A DNA stretch of 64,000 bases from the human T2T-CHM13v2.0 reference genome, Homo sapiens (GCF_009914755.1 NC_060925.1), one strand, 5' to 3'; shown: positions 29,541 to 43,240, counted from the first letter of the stretch. Notes: generated by a model from the letters alone, not told the origin. Program-made: numbers and translations.

Positions 29541-30899
29541 ATTATAATTCTGAACTTCTATAAACACCTGTGATTGTAAACTCACTGAAAGTTTAGCCTT
29601 GGCCTATGTAATTACATTGGTACAACACCTTGAATAGTCCCATGATTAATGCAGTGTTTAGTGTAACTTGTCCTAACAGGTGACTGATGATAATAAAAAA
29701 AGATAAGTCAAAATATAAGGGCATTATGTCACTTTTAGACCACTTTCATTAGAATGACCCATAGCATGTTAATTGCATACTCCTAGATTACACCACTGAT
29801 ATTTTTGAAAACTCCTTCAGAAATTACTTTAGTGGGAAGAGTGAAGTCAAAAAGCTTCCATTAAAATCTGGTTCTAGTCCATACCAGTTAATTTACCATT
29901 AAACTTCCCTAACCACCACCTCTCATCAGTCAAAAAAAAAAAAGAAAGAAAAGAAAGAAAGAAGGGGGAGTGATCATATCTCATATTACACATTATGATC
30001 TAATATGTTATGGCTACTAATATGTAATGGTGCATATTACCATTACAGAATGGTAATATGGATGAAATAATATATTTGTCAAAATATTTTATATGATATC
30101 ATCATGTAGTAGATGATGAACAAATTTAATATTTTGTTGCTAAATTCTTCTCTTTAGCTTCCATAACAGAAATAATCAGAGCTCAAACGTGTGGTTCCTT
30201 TATTGTCAACTATAGCAAGTAGGATTCACCAAGCCATCCCTTTTCCCTCCACGCTTCAGGGACAGTTCCTCTTCTAAGTTATCCCTGTCTTTGTGAGGGT
30301 TAACATATGGAAACTTACGCAATATTCTAATTTTGATTTCATTTAAATCCAAAATTAGCACAGTTTCCCCCAACTTGTGTTTTTCTTCTTTTTTAAATCA
30401 TTCTACTTTTAAATGCAGAGGGTTTTTTTTATATTTATAAAAAGTACGATCTTAAGATAAAAAAAAATACTCTTTGGACAAAGCAGTCTTCAAAGACCCT
30501 ACCTACTATCATCTAGAAATGTACAAGGAACATCCTAAGGATTAGGGCAGGACATATGTGACAGTTTACGTGTAACCTAAAGGATTATCCATTCAGGATT
30601 TACAGTTTTGTCTCTTGGCATCTCTCCATAGGCAACTGTTTTGTGTCTAGCTGGGTATTATACACTGATCTATTCAATAACAGGAGCCACGTGTTATTCA
30701 TATCTTTGGCCCCAACATCTGGCAGCATTGGCATATTATGGATATTTATGTTCTTAGAGAATGAATGAAATCCAATGTAGATATTTGTAACTGTGGGGAA
30801 ATAGCTAAATACAGGGGTCAGACATAGCCATTCTACTGCTAGTTAAATCTGGGAGGTAGAAAAAAAAAATGTAGCTATTCAAAAGCAGAGACTGGAATG

Positions 30900-31900
30900 T
30901 GCAATAAAAATAATCCCAGCTGTCAAAAACATACATGGAAGAAATGACAGGAAGAGGAACCACTGGCAAAAAGGAGATTTAAAAATAATTTGACTGAAAA
31001 CTAAGTCCCCTCTGCCACTGTCCAGCCAGCTTGTCAGTTTAATTTGCTATTGGAGAAAAGGAAGGGACAAGAGTCAAAACAGGTGTTTGGTTTTCTTTTT
31101 TTCTGTTTTTAATGGGGCGGGGCGGGGGAATCAAGTGAAAGCATGGCTTTACCAGCTGTGAAGAGCTGCTGACACCTGTGGTTGCCACATCTCATGACTG
31201 TGAGATAGGTCAGAGGCAGCTCGAGACAGCTGATAAAATGAGGTGAGGTAGGGGAAGAAACCAGAGGAAAAGTAGTGCTGGATAAAAACAGAAAGGAAAG
31301 AGAGAACAAATGGTGCCCATAAAATGTCCAATTTCAAAATGTCTATTTTTATCTTTATTTTTCTAATTAGTACAAAGTCATACTCTCTCTTTTTCCTCCT
31401 TCTGTTCACTAAAGAAAATGTGACAAAAATGGATAAAAATGAAATCTCTGCCTTATGTGCAGTATACAACTCTTCATACCTGCCAGTCTCAACTAAAGCA
31501 TTGCAATATTCTCTCCTGGGTATTTATATTCCTCTCCCTCCCCCCAACCCCTTTCTCCACTCTCCCACCCCCTCCAGGACTGTAGAAAGAAAAAAAAATA
31601 TTCCTGAATGCAGAATTGTGTGCTACTCAAGGGAAACTTGACTTTGGCTACAAATCTGAGGGGGCACATTGTATAAGCGTAGGAAGATGTGAGCATTTGT
31701 TTGCTGGTAGAAGCCTGGAATATGACTGGGTGGATGGAAGTGACTTCTTTAAGCACAAGACGTCATCATTCCCATAGTTAGATATTTAAAGATAATTACA
31801 ATACACAGGACAATTCATGACAACACGTGACCTAGCCTTCACTGTTATCTTCAACCTGAGATCCCTTGTTATAAAGAGGTTCTATAAATAGAATTTTAGT
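30900..31900. promoter_or_regulatory. Candidate enhancer / alternative promoter motif cluster
   Basis: E-boxes at 30917, 31080, 31153, 31173 and 31227; tandem GC box 31114-31128; minus-strand TATAAATA 31528-31521; MEF2 site CTATAAATAG 31882-31891. Motif evidence only. Confidence 0.5.
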
Positions 31901-33180
31901 GCAATTAACAATGGGAAATTGAAAGGTGATGCCATAAGAATAACTGACTCAGATTAAGGAATAAAGTAACAAGAGAAAAATTTAGTACATATTAAAAACT
32001 AAATATTCCTTTCAAGTTCTTGTTTTTTTCTCAATTATCTAATATAGTACCCTCTGCATGATTTTGGTCATGTCAATGAAGATCAATTTGAGCACTGTGG
32101 GGGCTGATGAACATTCTGAGACTCTACCCAGAAAGAGGGCTTAGGGAGAACATAAGAATTCAAAGGATATTAGTGGGCTCAGCATGTCTAAGAAGTTCAT
32201 TACCAGCAAGTGCCTGAATAAGATGCAGTTGGTATTAGAATAATTCAGAAAATCAGTGGGTGAGCTAATATCTTGGGGAAAGGGAAGGTTAGGATTTGAA
32301 AGGACAATCTCTCAATGTTATATAATAGCATTCACATAGAAATACTGATGTACAGATCAAACACTCTTAGATATTACAAGGGAAACTTGGAGGGTTCAAA
32401 GATTTTTAAGGTTAAACCACCTAATGGAAATATTTCCAACATTTAGTGAGGTCAGTCACAAGTAATCGCCATAGATCAAGCAAGATACCAAAGGGATGCC
32501 AGGAATTAATGAGCCACAATATTTGCCCTCAAAAAGCTGACATTTTTGGGAACAAAAAGGCACTCAAACAGATTATTAGAATGCAGCATGTTCACTTCAA
32601 GTAACAGAAGTAATAGTGTGAAAAGGAAACATCGGTGAATGACACTAAGTTCAGCTTCTGATTCAGTGGTTAAAGAAGGCTTCTAGAACAGGTGATGTCT
32701 AAGCATAATCTTAAACAATGAGTCGGAGTAGCTGCCTAGAAGAACACTACACAAAGGCACAAAGGCAAACGAATAAAATAGCCTAAAGTGTGCAGGGATC
32801 TATCAAATCCTAAGTGATGACAGAGCATTAAGTGATGAAGTACATGGAAGCTTTGAAGGTGGAGATGGAGAGTGGGCGTTTGCAAGGCTGTGAAGAGTCT
32901 TACGTTTTGTTAAAGAGCCAGGAGTTACACCGAAGACAAAGGGAAGTTAGCTTTGTATGGATTCCTCTGGTACAATGTGGAAGGCGTATTTTCCAAAACT
33001 GTGGACAGGTAGAACAATTATAATAAGTATATGAAATTATTGATATATTATATTAGTATGTTAGAATAAATATAACACAAGGTGAAGACAGTATTTGAGA
33101 TTCCAAGGCTTAAATTTCAAGTTTATACACAATATCTAATGATCTTTGTCAACAGTCTGCTTTTATAATGACTATATTAG

Positions 33181-33719
33181 TGTCAAAGCACGCCCCAGAC
33201 CAACAGACAAAATGGACTCCCCCATGGCTAACTAAAGGGCTCAAGGTTAAAGCAAAACCAGGCAGCCATAGCTGGGTGAGGCAGGGTTAACACACTCTGT
33301 GTTCTCAGAAAGATATTATAAAAGTGTCACAGGACCTCCCTTGCTACGGTCGAGCCAAATCAGTTTCTGTTATTGGTGCCAAAGTGAATTGTGGCTGGAT
33401 CTTCCCTATCCCCACTACCAGCCATTTGAAAGAAACATCTGACGGAGACTTTGGTTTGGGGCTTGGACATCATCCAATCAAGTCCTGACTATTTTGAGCA
33501 ATGAGAACAGAAAAAGTTTGAATTTTTTATATGCATAAATGGACCTGGTTAAGAACCTGGGCAAGAACTTCCCCTGTTTAAGCCAGACCCTCTTTTTTTT
33601 CTTCAAAGAGCACACGTTCACTTGTACTAAAGACTGTGCGTCCCCAATCTGCATATATTTTTTCCAGAAAATAAAGTTCTCCTTTTGCCTCCACAGATCT
33701 CATTGATATTTTGTTAACA
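33181..33719 (+). mobile_element. Solo ERV1-class LTR (subfamily not resolved)
   Basis: TGT...ACA termini, exact 4-bp TSD TTAG (33177-33180, 33720-33723), CCAAT box, AATAAA near the 3' end. Confidence 0.85.
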
Positions 33720-33727
33720 TTAGTAAT

Positions 33728-33821
33728 GTGTGTGTGTATATATATATATACACACACACACACATATATACATACATATATATATATATACACACACACA
33801 TATATATATATTTTTTTTTTT
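33728..33821. repeat. Compound (TG)n(TA)n(CA)n(TA)n microsatellite plus T-run
   Basis: Read directly from the sequence. Confidence 0.95.
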
Positions 33822-33839
33822 GTAGAGCAAGATACTAGT

Positions 33840-34419
33840 TGTAGGGGCTAGAAAAAACTTTCCCTTTAGCTTCTGAAGGTTTGCTGAAAAACCAACTGGA
33901 AAAAAAAACAGATTAATAGGAGATATGGCATATAACATTTATTTTAATATGAATAGCATGATGGAATAACAGGAGAATGATTATTTAATGTATAGAAGCT
34001 TATAAACCCTTCAGGGGAGGGAGGAGATGGGGAATATAGACAATTCTTTTTAGGGGTAATAAATTATAATAAGGGAGCATGAATGGACCCCAGAGACAAA
34101 AATTAACTTGTAAATAATTCTCTTTGGAATTTGAATGAGCCCCAGAGGCAGCATTATTTTGTGGGAAAAAATCCATCCAGATGTGGTTACATTCCTCACT
34201 CTTCTGTTCTGTGATAGATAATGACATTTCAGGGAGGGAAAACAATGACATTTGTGTTCTTCCTTGCATGTCTGCTTTCTAGGTAGATAAGGGAACCTCG
34301 GAGAACAGTCTCATCCAGTGCTCTGGGAGAGACCAAGGGTTCTGGGAGAGATCAGAGAGAACTTGAGGCTGCTTCTAACTTCAAACATATTAGGGGGTAA
34401 AATATTCTGGTTTTCTTCA
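33840..34419 (-). mobile_element. Solo ERV1 LTR, MER34/MER39 family
   Basis: Minus strand starts TGAAGAAAACCAGAATATTTTACCCCCTAATATG...AGAAGCAGCCTCAAG and ends CCCCTACA; TSD TAGT/TAGC. Confidence 0.8.
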
Positions 34420-35119
34420 TAGCCATCTTGCCACTTTTCAGTTTGTATAATTCTTTTATTACAAACATACACACAACTAAAATCTAAATATAATTATGAC
34501 AGTAAATAAGCATAAGCACTATAATTTGTAATATAAATCAACTGTAAATAAATAAACCTCTATTATTAACAAATAATTACTAATATTGGAAAGTATTAAT
34601 TGAATATTATGCTCTGATGCTTATGAGCACTTCTAGAATGGAAATACCAATTTTGATGTAGTTAAAAAACTTTATTCTGGTTAGCTAGCTGACTGTCATG
34701 TTCGTGAACAAAGTTTTTCAAACATTCGCTACCCTGACATTTGACATTTAGTACTTAATTAAAAAAAAAAAAGTTGAAAACCTAAGCAATATGAATTTTG
34801 CATGCAGTATGATTAATAGGTAGGTGTTTACCTAAGAAATCATTTAAGAAAGTGTGTGGGAAGAATACAAGTCCCAAGAGATGCTCTGTGAAAAATAAAA
34901 AAAAAAAAAAAAAAAAAAAAAGGAGGTTGGGGGAGAACTAGTTAATTAATCTAGAAATTGTAGAATTTCAAAAGATTCATAATGCATATTAGCATTTAAA
35001 AAGCTCTGGGGAAGGTTAAAGAAAAAAAAAGCTGTTCAACTTTTTTTGTATGCAGATTTCCAAAATTCTTTATCATATAAGTTCTCACGTTTTAAAGTTA
35101 TACTTATTAACATTATTAG

Positions 35120-35335
35120 CTAGTGTTGTTTATTGAGTGCTTATTCTTTGCCTAGGATATTGCAGTACAAACATTATCTTGATTAATAATCTTATTATTT
35201 AGAAATTATCATACTCTTCTCATTTGAGAAATTCTCAGCTTACATAAGGAACTGCCTGAAGTCACATAAGTGGTAAGTGATATTGAATCTAGGACTGTTG
35301 AATTCAACAGCTGTATTTTTAGACATTAAGTGATA
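35120..35335 (-). mobile_element. MIR
   Basis: TTTATTGAGTGCTTA...GAAGTCACATAAGTGGTAAGTG...TTGAATCTAGGACTGT. Confidence 0.65.
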
Positions 35336-36455
35336 ACATGTACAAGGAATTTCTGTTTTTAACTCACTTGAAAAATGCTTTCTTAGATACTTAATGTAAA
35401 ATTTCCCAGTCATTTTATTATTATTTTTACTACTAATTTCACTTTACAATTCAGGTTTTTGAATGGTTTGCTAAGTTATATTAGTCAACCAATATTCATG
35501 TACATAGCATAACATGTAAAAGTTATTTAAATATGCACAAAACCTTTAAAAATGAATTTCCATAAAATAACAATATTATATTCATATACCAAGATTTTGT
35601 TAAATAACACATTCAAATAATTATTTCCAGCCTAGAAAGGCAATATTAACATATATTATCATTAAACCAATGTGGACATTGAGTTTTTAAAGGTGGTTCT
35701 TCATTTAACTAATATCTCCTCATTAAACCAGAAATACCTACTATTTATTTATCCACAAACAAAGATGGTCTTCAATGTAACAATAATTATCAAATCTTAG
35801 TTGAGGATAAATATGACAATTAAGAGGTCCCTGAAATATGCCACAAGAAAGTATTCTTTCATAAAGTAATGCACCAAGGTTCAGGCATTTGGTTGTCATT
35901 GAAATTGTATTACAGAGTTTTTTCTAAGGATCAATTATTTTGGGTAACTCAAGTAAATAAGACTGTGTTCAATATAATACTACAGCTAACACCTTATTTC
36001 TTCCAATTATTACTGATATTCAGAAAAAAATCTTTTGACAGTCACACTAATGAGTTAAACTAGAAAATACAATTTTTAAAAATATGTAATTTAATATGTT
36101 AAGAAAAAGTGTCCCTGAATTTGTCATATAAGCATATTTCTTAGAAGAAACATACTGAATGAAAGGCCTTATTGCTGGTGTGATGTTTTTATAAGCATAA
36201 ATGAAATTGGTTATTCAGCTTTGTCTTTTTAAAAAAGTTTAAAGTATTAGCGTGGCACTTCTTCTAAAAAAAAAACAGATGTATACAATTTTGTGGTCAC
36301 AAAAATGCATCTTTCATTGTTCTTTAGGCCTGAGTATCCATAACTATGCTATTCAACTAAAATTATTGTGGAGACTAACAGTGAATCTTTAAGTTATGTA
36401 CAACTTTCCTCTTTAGGTTTTTACCGTAAATAAAATGACCATTATTATTCTTCAA

Positions 36456-36630
36456 GGCCAGGCACCATGGCTAAGACCTATAATCCCAGCACTTTGGGAG
36501 GCCAAGGCAGGAGGATTGCTTCAGCCCAGGAAGTTGAGGCTGTACTGAGCTGTGTTTTCACTACTGAACTCCAGCATGGGTAGCAAAGTGAGACCGTGTC
36601 TCAAAATAAATAAATAAAAATAAATAAATA
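36456..36630 (+). mobile_element. FRAM-type Alu monomer (or AluJ arm-recombined monomer)
   Basis: Single monomer of about 150 bp joining an Alu 5' end to a right-arm 3' end, with an (AAAT)n tail. Confidence 0.85.
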
Positions 36631-36653
36631 CATAAATTAGGTATTTTGCTAGT

Positions 36654-36775
36654 TGTTGGGAAAAGCTGAGGCAGGGCTTGCATGTCTGCCATAATGTAAA
36701 AGAGTCTTGGAACATGTTCTGGGTCCAGGGTCTAAAACCCCTCATGGCCTGGTTTTGGGTCTGGCCACCCCAACA
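36654..36775 (+). mobile_element. 122-bp internally deleted solo LTR, LTR14 (HERV-K14)-like
   Basis: TGTTGGG...CCCAACA inverted termini and exact TSD CTAGT (36649-36653, 36776-36780). The 5' part AAGCTGAGGCAGGGCTTGCATGTCTG matches recalled LTR14. Confidence 0.75.
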
Positions 36776-37189
36776 CTAGTAGCTCTTAAGTCCATGACCA
36801 AAATAATCTCAAAGTATATCAGAATAAAAACAGGCCACTAAAGATACCTAATCAGTCCTAAACATGAACGCAAATCTAGGCTAACATTTTGTCTGATCCA
36901 AAGAGAAATGAGAAGAGCAAAAATAGTGTAGTGACTTCTATTTTAAGTTAATTTTTTCAATATAAGAAATTATCCTTCATTCTGAGATCATGTCAGTCTC
37001 ACATTTTTGCATTTAAACACCCTTTTTAACTTAATTTTTTTTTGTTGTTCAGTCACTGATAGGTTTGAATCCCAATTTAGAGAAGCAATAACCTAAACTG
37101 ACCAAAGGAGAACAGGAGATTAAATACAAAATAATTGATGAAATGTGTTAAAAAAATATAAGTGTAAGAGGAACCTGACATTTTTATAC

Positions 37190-37400
37190 CTATCATCCTT
37201 TACAAGGAATTTCTAATGTAATCATTAAAAAAGCCACATAAGATACAGAGTGTGTCCCTATTTCACAGACAGAGAAGCTAAGGATTAGTGACGTTAACTC
37301 TTTTAAGGTGGTACAATTGTGAGTGGGAGAACCAGGTTTCAAACTGAGGCATGTGTGCCTTTGGAATCCACACTCTAGCTCCTACACTCATCTGCCTCAC
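37190..37400 (-). mobile_element. MIR
   Basis: CCCTATTTCACAGACAGAGAAGCTAAGG...GAACCAGGTTTCAAACTGAGGC. Confidence 0.7.
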
Positions 37401-38054
37401 AACATTAAAAGGACCAGACAACCACCCAAGAGTCATAAAGATGGGAAATAGACTGGAAAGTTTTTAAAGTTTCTGGAATTTCCCCTAAACTTGCATGATT
37501 AAGGTAACCAGGCCAAACTGAAGGTGTTTGACCCTTAAATGCTGAGATCTTGCTTTCACGTATGGGAAAAACACAAACTTGGAAGACTAAAAGATGCACA
37601 GCAACTTATGAAAACCTACATTCCAAAAACTGAGGTGTTTAGGTTCACTCTAAAAACCCCTGCACTGCTCTTATCTCAGAGGGAAGTTACAGGGTTTACC
37701 AGACGTAATGAGCAGTCACTACTTGCCCCAGACAGTTTGGCCTTTCTAGAGATTTCAGTGTCGAATCCAGTTAATTACAATTTCTGGATCATTTTGTATT
37801 ATACCTGAATTATAAACAGAGTTATTCATCTGAATTTATTTAGCTTCTTTGGCAACCTTTGAGCATGATTTTATACATTTGAATTTATTGCATTTGGTTT
37901 TAGATATTTATAAGAATGACTATAACCCTTCACAGTCATTTTAATTTTTACTGTATAATTTGATAAAATATATGTATTGGAGTGAATGTGGTAGGTAATG
38001 TAATGTGCATACATATACAAATAATATACAAATAATACACACATATATATACAC

Positions 38055-38060
<6 letters not shown>

Positions 38061-38090
<30 letters not shown>
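38061..38090. repeat. (GT)15 microsatellite
   Basis: Direct count. Confidence 0.97.
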
Positions 38091-38093
<3 letters not shown>

Positions 38094-38889
38094 CCAAAGG
38101 GAGCTTAAAGGAATATATAACATGAGTAGATAAGTAACTAGAATAAAGGCAGACTGTGTCAGTTGACAAAAAACAAGATGAATGTTACAGAATGTCAAAA
38201 GAGGGAGAAATTTTGGCAGTTTAAGAGTAGGCGCTAGATTCAATATCATATGCTTCTTTGCAGTAGGTGTCTTATATTACTTTTGACATATTTGACATTA
38301 TTTCTTTACAAAATTAGGCCTCTATTATAAAGTAAACTTCTTAAGAGCAAAGAACAAGTATTCTAACCTTAGAACTTGGCAAAATACCTGGTAATTTATT
38401 GCACCCGCAGATATTTGTTGAGTGAATGGATAAAAAAATAAAAAATTGAGTGTTTGTACAAAACTCAAATGAACCTTTAAATGATCAAACATGATTGCCC
38501 AGGATATCCCAGAGCTATCAGTCCAACTGGCATTATACTGCAGAATCAGAGCTTTTCTTAAGACAGATGTAGTTGGTCTTTCTTGTAAATCTGTTACAAT
38601 CCAATTATTTTTTTTTTTCAGAAAACTGGTTTTCTTTTAATTAGTCACAGTTTAAGAAAAAAAAAACTTTCTGAAACTACTTTGGAAAGTTGTTTTATAC
38701 ATCAGCACAAAAATAACAGTTTCAGTTAAACTGAATTAAAGGAGAAGGATTCTTTAAAAATAATTTTAAGATTGGTCTCAATAAGTTTAAGTGGCTATTC
38801 TTGAAGATGATATACCATACATACAAAATTATTTAAAGAACTTACATTTTCTAATTTCCAAAATTATACTCATCTAGAGAAATTTACCA

Positions 38890-39040
38890 CCAGGATTATT
38901 AGAATATAAGCTCCATGAGGGCAGATATTTATATATTTATTTCAATCTTGATTTCCAAGAGTCTAGGATTTTATCTGGCTCATTGAAGGCACTGAAAAAA
39001 TATTTTTTAAATGAGTGAACAGGTTGATGAATGAATTAGA
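38890..39040 (+). mobile_element. L2 3' end
   Basis: TTAGAATATAAGCTCCATGAGGGCAG...TGAATGAAT. Confidence 0.8.
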
Positions 39041-39134
39041 GGTATAGGGATTACAGAATTACATACGGTCAATATCGATGGTTCATATTTGTTTATATAT
39101 TCTACAAGAGAAAGACTAAGGAATTTTAAAAATT

Positions 39135-40100
39135 ATGAATGAATATTTATTGAAAGACTACTATGAGCCAGATATTTTCCTAAGGACTAGAAATACAGCA
39201 GTGAGCAAAATAAATAATGCCCTTGCCTTTAATAAACTCATAGCCTATTGAGTGGAGAAAGAAACAAAGCAAACATTGCTTTTCAGGTATTTTTAACTTG
39301 GACTAAAGATCTTTTAAGAACTACCAGTGCCTAGGATTCCCCTATCCCTACTGTACCTAGAGATTCTTACTGAATTTGTCGAAAAATATATACAAAAACA
39401 GGGTCTTGGAACATAAATATTATGTACGTTTTATGACATCTCAGGTGATTCTAATGTGTATAATTTTTAATAACTTCTCAGGTAATTCTGCCGGGACACC
39501 AGGGTAAAAAACATCCAAACTGAACAAACAGACATAAAATTATGAAATATAATGTCATGTAATAAGTGCCACAAAGCAAAATGAAGCAAGCCTAGGGAAA
39601 AGAAACTGGCAGCGGCTGAAAGAAAGAAGTGCATATTCTAGGGGCAAGCATTCCAGCAGCAGCCACAAGGCCAGTATGGCTGCAGTGAGCTCAGGGCAGG
39701 AGGGGAGGAGAAGGAGGACTTTTTTCAGTTGCACAGTCAGGGGCCACTGCAAGGATTCTGTGCTTTCATTGCAGTGTGATAGGAGGACATTGGGGAAATG
39801 TTGGCATAGGGCAACATGATCTAGCACCGGTTTCAAATACATCCCTCAGGCTGCTCTTCAGAGAATATGCTATGGAAGAGCAGGAGTGAAAGCAGCAAGA
39901 CCTACCAAGAAATGTGGAGGAACATGAGGGCTTTGGGGGGATGGTCACATTGGAAATCAAGACATATGATTCGATATGTATTTTGGTGTTAAGAGAATAT
40001 GTCTTCATGGGCTGGACATGATGTAAGGAACAAGGGGAGAAGTCAAGGATGATTCTAGGATTATTAGGCTTAAGCAATGGAGTGAATGGCGGCCCTGTGC
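39135..40100 (-). mobile_element. L2 interrupted by a MER5-type element (~39290-39510)
   Basis: AATATTTATTGAAAGACTACTATGAGCCAG (L2 tail) through GAAGTCAAGGATGATTCTAGG; MER5 wording CAGGTGATTCTAATGTG inside. Confidence 0.8.
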
Positions 40101-42786
40101 TCATAAATAGGAGTTACATGCTTATGTATTTTTATCTAACTGAAGAGACAGAAGATAGATCTTACTGACTTAAAATAGTATGGTAAAATAGTCTATTCAG
40201 AGTTCTGTTTCTCATTCACATGTATATATAGTGTTAATCATATGGACACAGCATACAAGCATATTTGCATAATCACTGCACAATTATAAAATGCTCTGAA
40301 GTCTAAAGAGTCTTTTCTTGGTTTACACTAGAAAATAGTGACAGAAAAAAACAGAAGACAATGCTGTATTATAATGCAGCTGTACCATATGCCTGGTTTC
40401 ATCAGTATGAACCTGAAGATTCTTTAAGAGTAATAAAAGCTATGAAGAACTAAAGAATGAAAGTACCACTAAAGACAGGAATGAACCCTTGATCAGATCA
40501 ATGAATTGATTTCAACCAAGTAGAAACTTTGAGATAGTAAAGGCATTTCAAAATTGGCTTTGTCTTAATTTTAAAGTTGCCACTTCTCTTTTTATAAAAG
40601 CTGAATAATGGTTGAGCTTCATTACTGTGCCTAATTTGCCATACAATATCACATTTCTTCATTTTGTTCAATGCATCACTGTAAATTTCAAACTATGCAT
40701 TTTAACCTAAAATCATTCCCAGTGTCATTAACAGTTTGTTTCATCATCTGTACTTCCTTTTTAAAGGCATTCTTCACTTAAATACTCAATATAAATAAAA
40801 CCTTATGACTATTAATTTGCATTTATGGAGCGCTTATGTGGCTAACTATGAGCCAAGGGTTTCACATATTCTAGTTATAGTGAAAAACCTAATGCTGCAA
40901 AGCAGATTTTAAAATTCCTGTTTTTCAGATGAGGAAACTGAGGGCCTACGTAAATTAAAAGGTGGGTGGGTTACTTCTAAAATTACTTCTGAGTATAAGA
41001 TTTAAACACTGCATACTTTATTATTATTCCCTTTGGCTTCTGGCAATGAAGCATCATCGATTTTGAGAAAGATAGTTCCAGTATAGATCACCTAAAAATA
41101 TTTGATATATGGGTTAGCGAGCAGGAAATTAAGGGTAACAAAATCCTCAGAGGCCAATATTACAAGAATGCCTGAACCACGAGAGGTAAATCCTGAACAC
41201 TTGCTTATCTGGAGCACACTAGTTTGAATCCTCAAGCCAATCTTGAAGGCAACAGACAAGATCTGGGACCCAGGAAAGGGGAAAGATCCAAAGACTTATC
41301 TTCCATAACGTCAGGATTCTAAAAAGTAGCACCTTTGGTAAGGAAATCAGGAAAAATTATTTTCCCTGAAAAAGGAGTAGTGGGAATGCTTGCTAGGTTG
41401 GGTCTTGTGAAGAGACCAAACAAAAATTGTCAAGACTAGATAAAACAAAACACAGATCAGCCTTATGCTATTTACAAGAAAAAAAACCTGAAATACAAGA
41501 ACGAACACTGGAAGTTAAAAGTCAAACAACAGAAAAAGATATGTCAGGCAAATTCTAAACAAAATCCATCTGATATAGAAATAACAAGGTAAATTACCAG
41601 GTAACATACCAAAACAGACGACTACAACAACCACCACCACCAAAGTAGAGATAAGCACTAGATATTCATATAAGATTCAATTCTGCAGAAAAGATATAAA
41701 ATGCTTAATTTTGGAGGGATTTTTATACAGCTTCAATATATTTAAATGATGTAGCTATTATACTAGCATACAAATATATAATTATAGTGGAAGATGTCAA
41801 CACAACACTTTTGGTAATTGTTAGATTAAGCAGATTTAAAGAAAAAAGTCAAGAAAGCAGGACATAAACAAAATAGGCTATTAATGAGATTAACTCAATG
41901 GTCATAATTGAGCTGTGTTACTGATAGTTGGAAATAACACATTTTTTCCAAGAACCACTGAAACATTTACAAAAACCTAACACATACTAAAAGTCCTGAC
42001 AAATTTCATAATGACCACATTCTGACTACGAATCCATTTGAAATCAAAAATAAAATATTACATTTTGAAAACCTCATTTGCTTGGAAATTTAATAACATA
42101 CATCTAAATACCATGTGGGACTAAAAAGAAATCACAACAGTTAAGAGAAAAAAGAACTGAACACTATTGACAATTAGATATACTACCCTATCAAAGTTTG
42201 AAGAATTTATATATTTAACTTAGGAAAAATTATAATCATATTATATCATAACAGAGACTGAATATTCACGCACTAAGTATCCAAATTTATAAGTTAAAAT
42301 GATGAAAGAATAAATGCAAAGGATGTAAAATGAGTACTTTTGAAAAGCAGAAATTAATGCATTTGAAATTCAGGTATAACAGAGGATCATAACATACCAA
42401 ACCTCAAGAAAATTAATATTAGCAAATAGCTGGCAAAGTTAATAAATCGGAGATAAGTCATAAAAACCATATTGTGAATGAAAAAAGAAACATAATTAGA
42501 GATGTGATAGAAATTAAAAGAAAAGTAAAATGATATTTTGAAAAACTTTATAACAACATATTTTAGGACCTAGGCAAAATGCTCAATGTCAGAAAAATTT
42601 ACTCAAAAAACTTACTCAAAAAGTGGAAGGAGAACATTGAAAATTTCTATGTAACTATTAAATAAATAATTATTAAAACATCATGCTTTAAAAAACAACA
42701 TGTCTGGTTTTGACAGGCAAATTCTATAAGTCACTTGGCGAATTGATAATCCAAAGTTAAAACTTTTTCAAAGCGTAGAAACAAGA

Positions 42787-43240
<454 letters not shown>

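Noticed and set aside
31109-31309. Minus ORF containing MRCGNHRCQQLFTAG as a possible alternative N-terminus
   Set aside because: I do not recognise the peptide and the donor GTAAAG is weak; kept only as part of the regulatory-cluster hypothesis.
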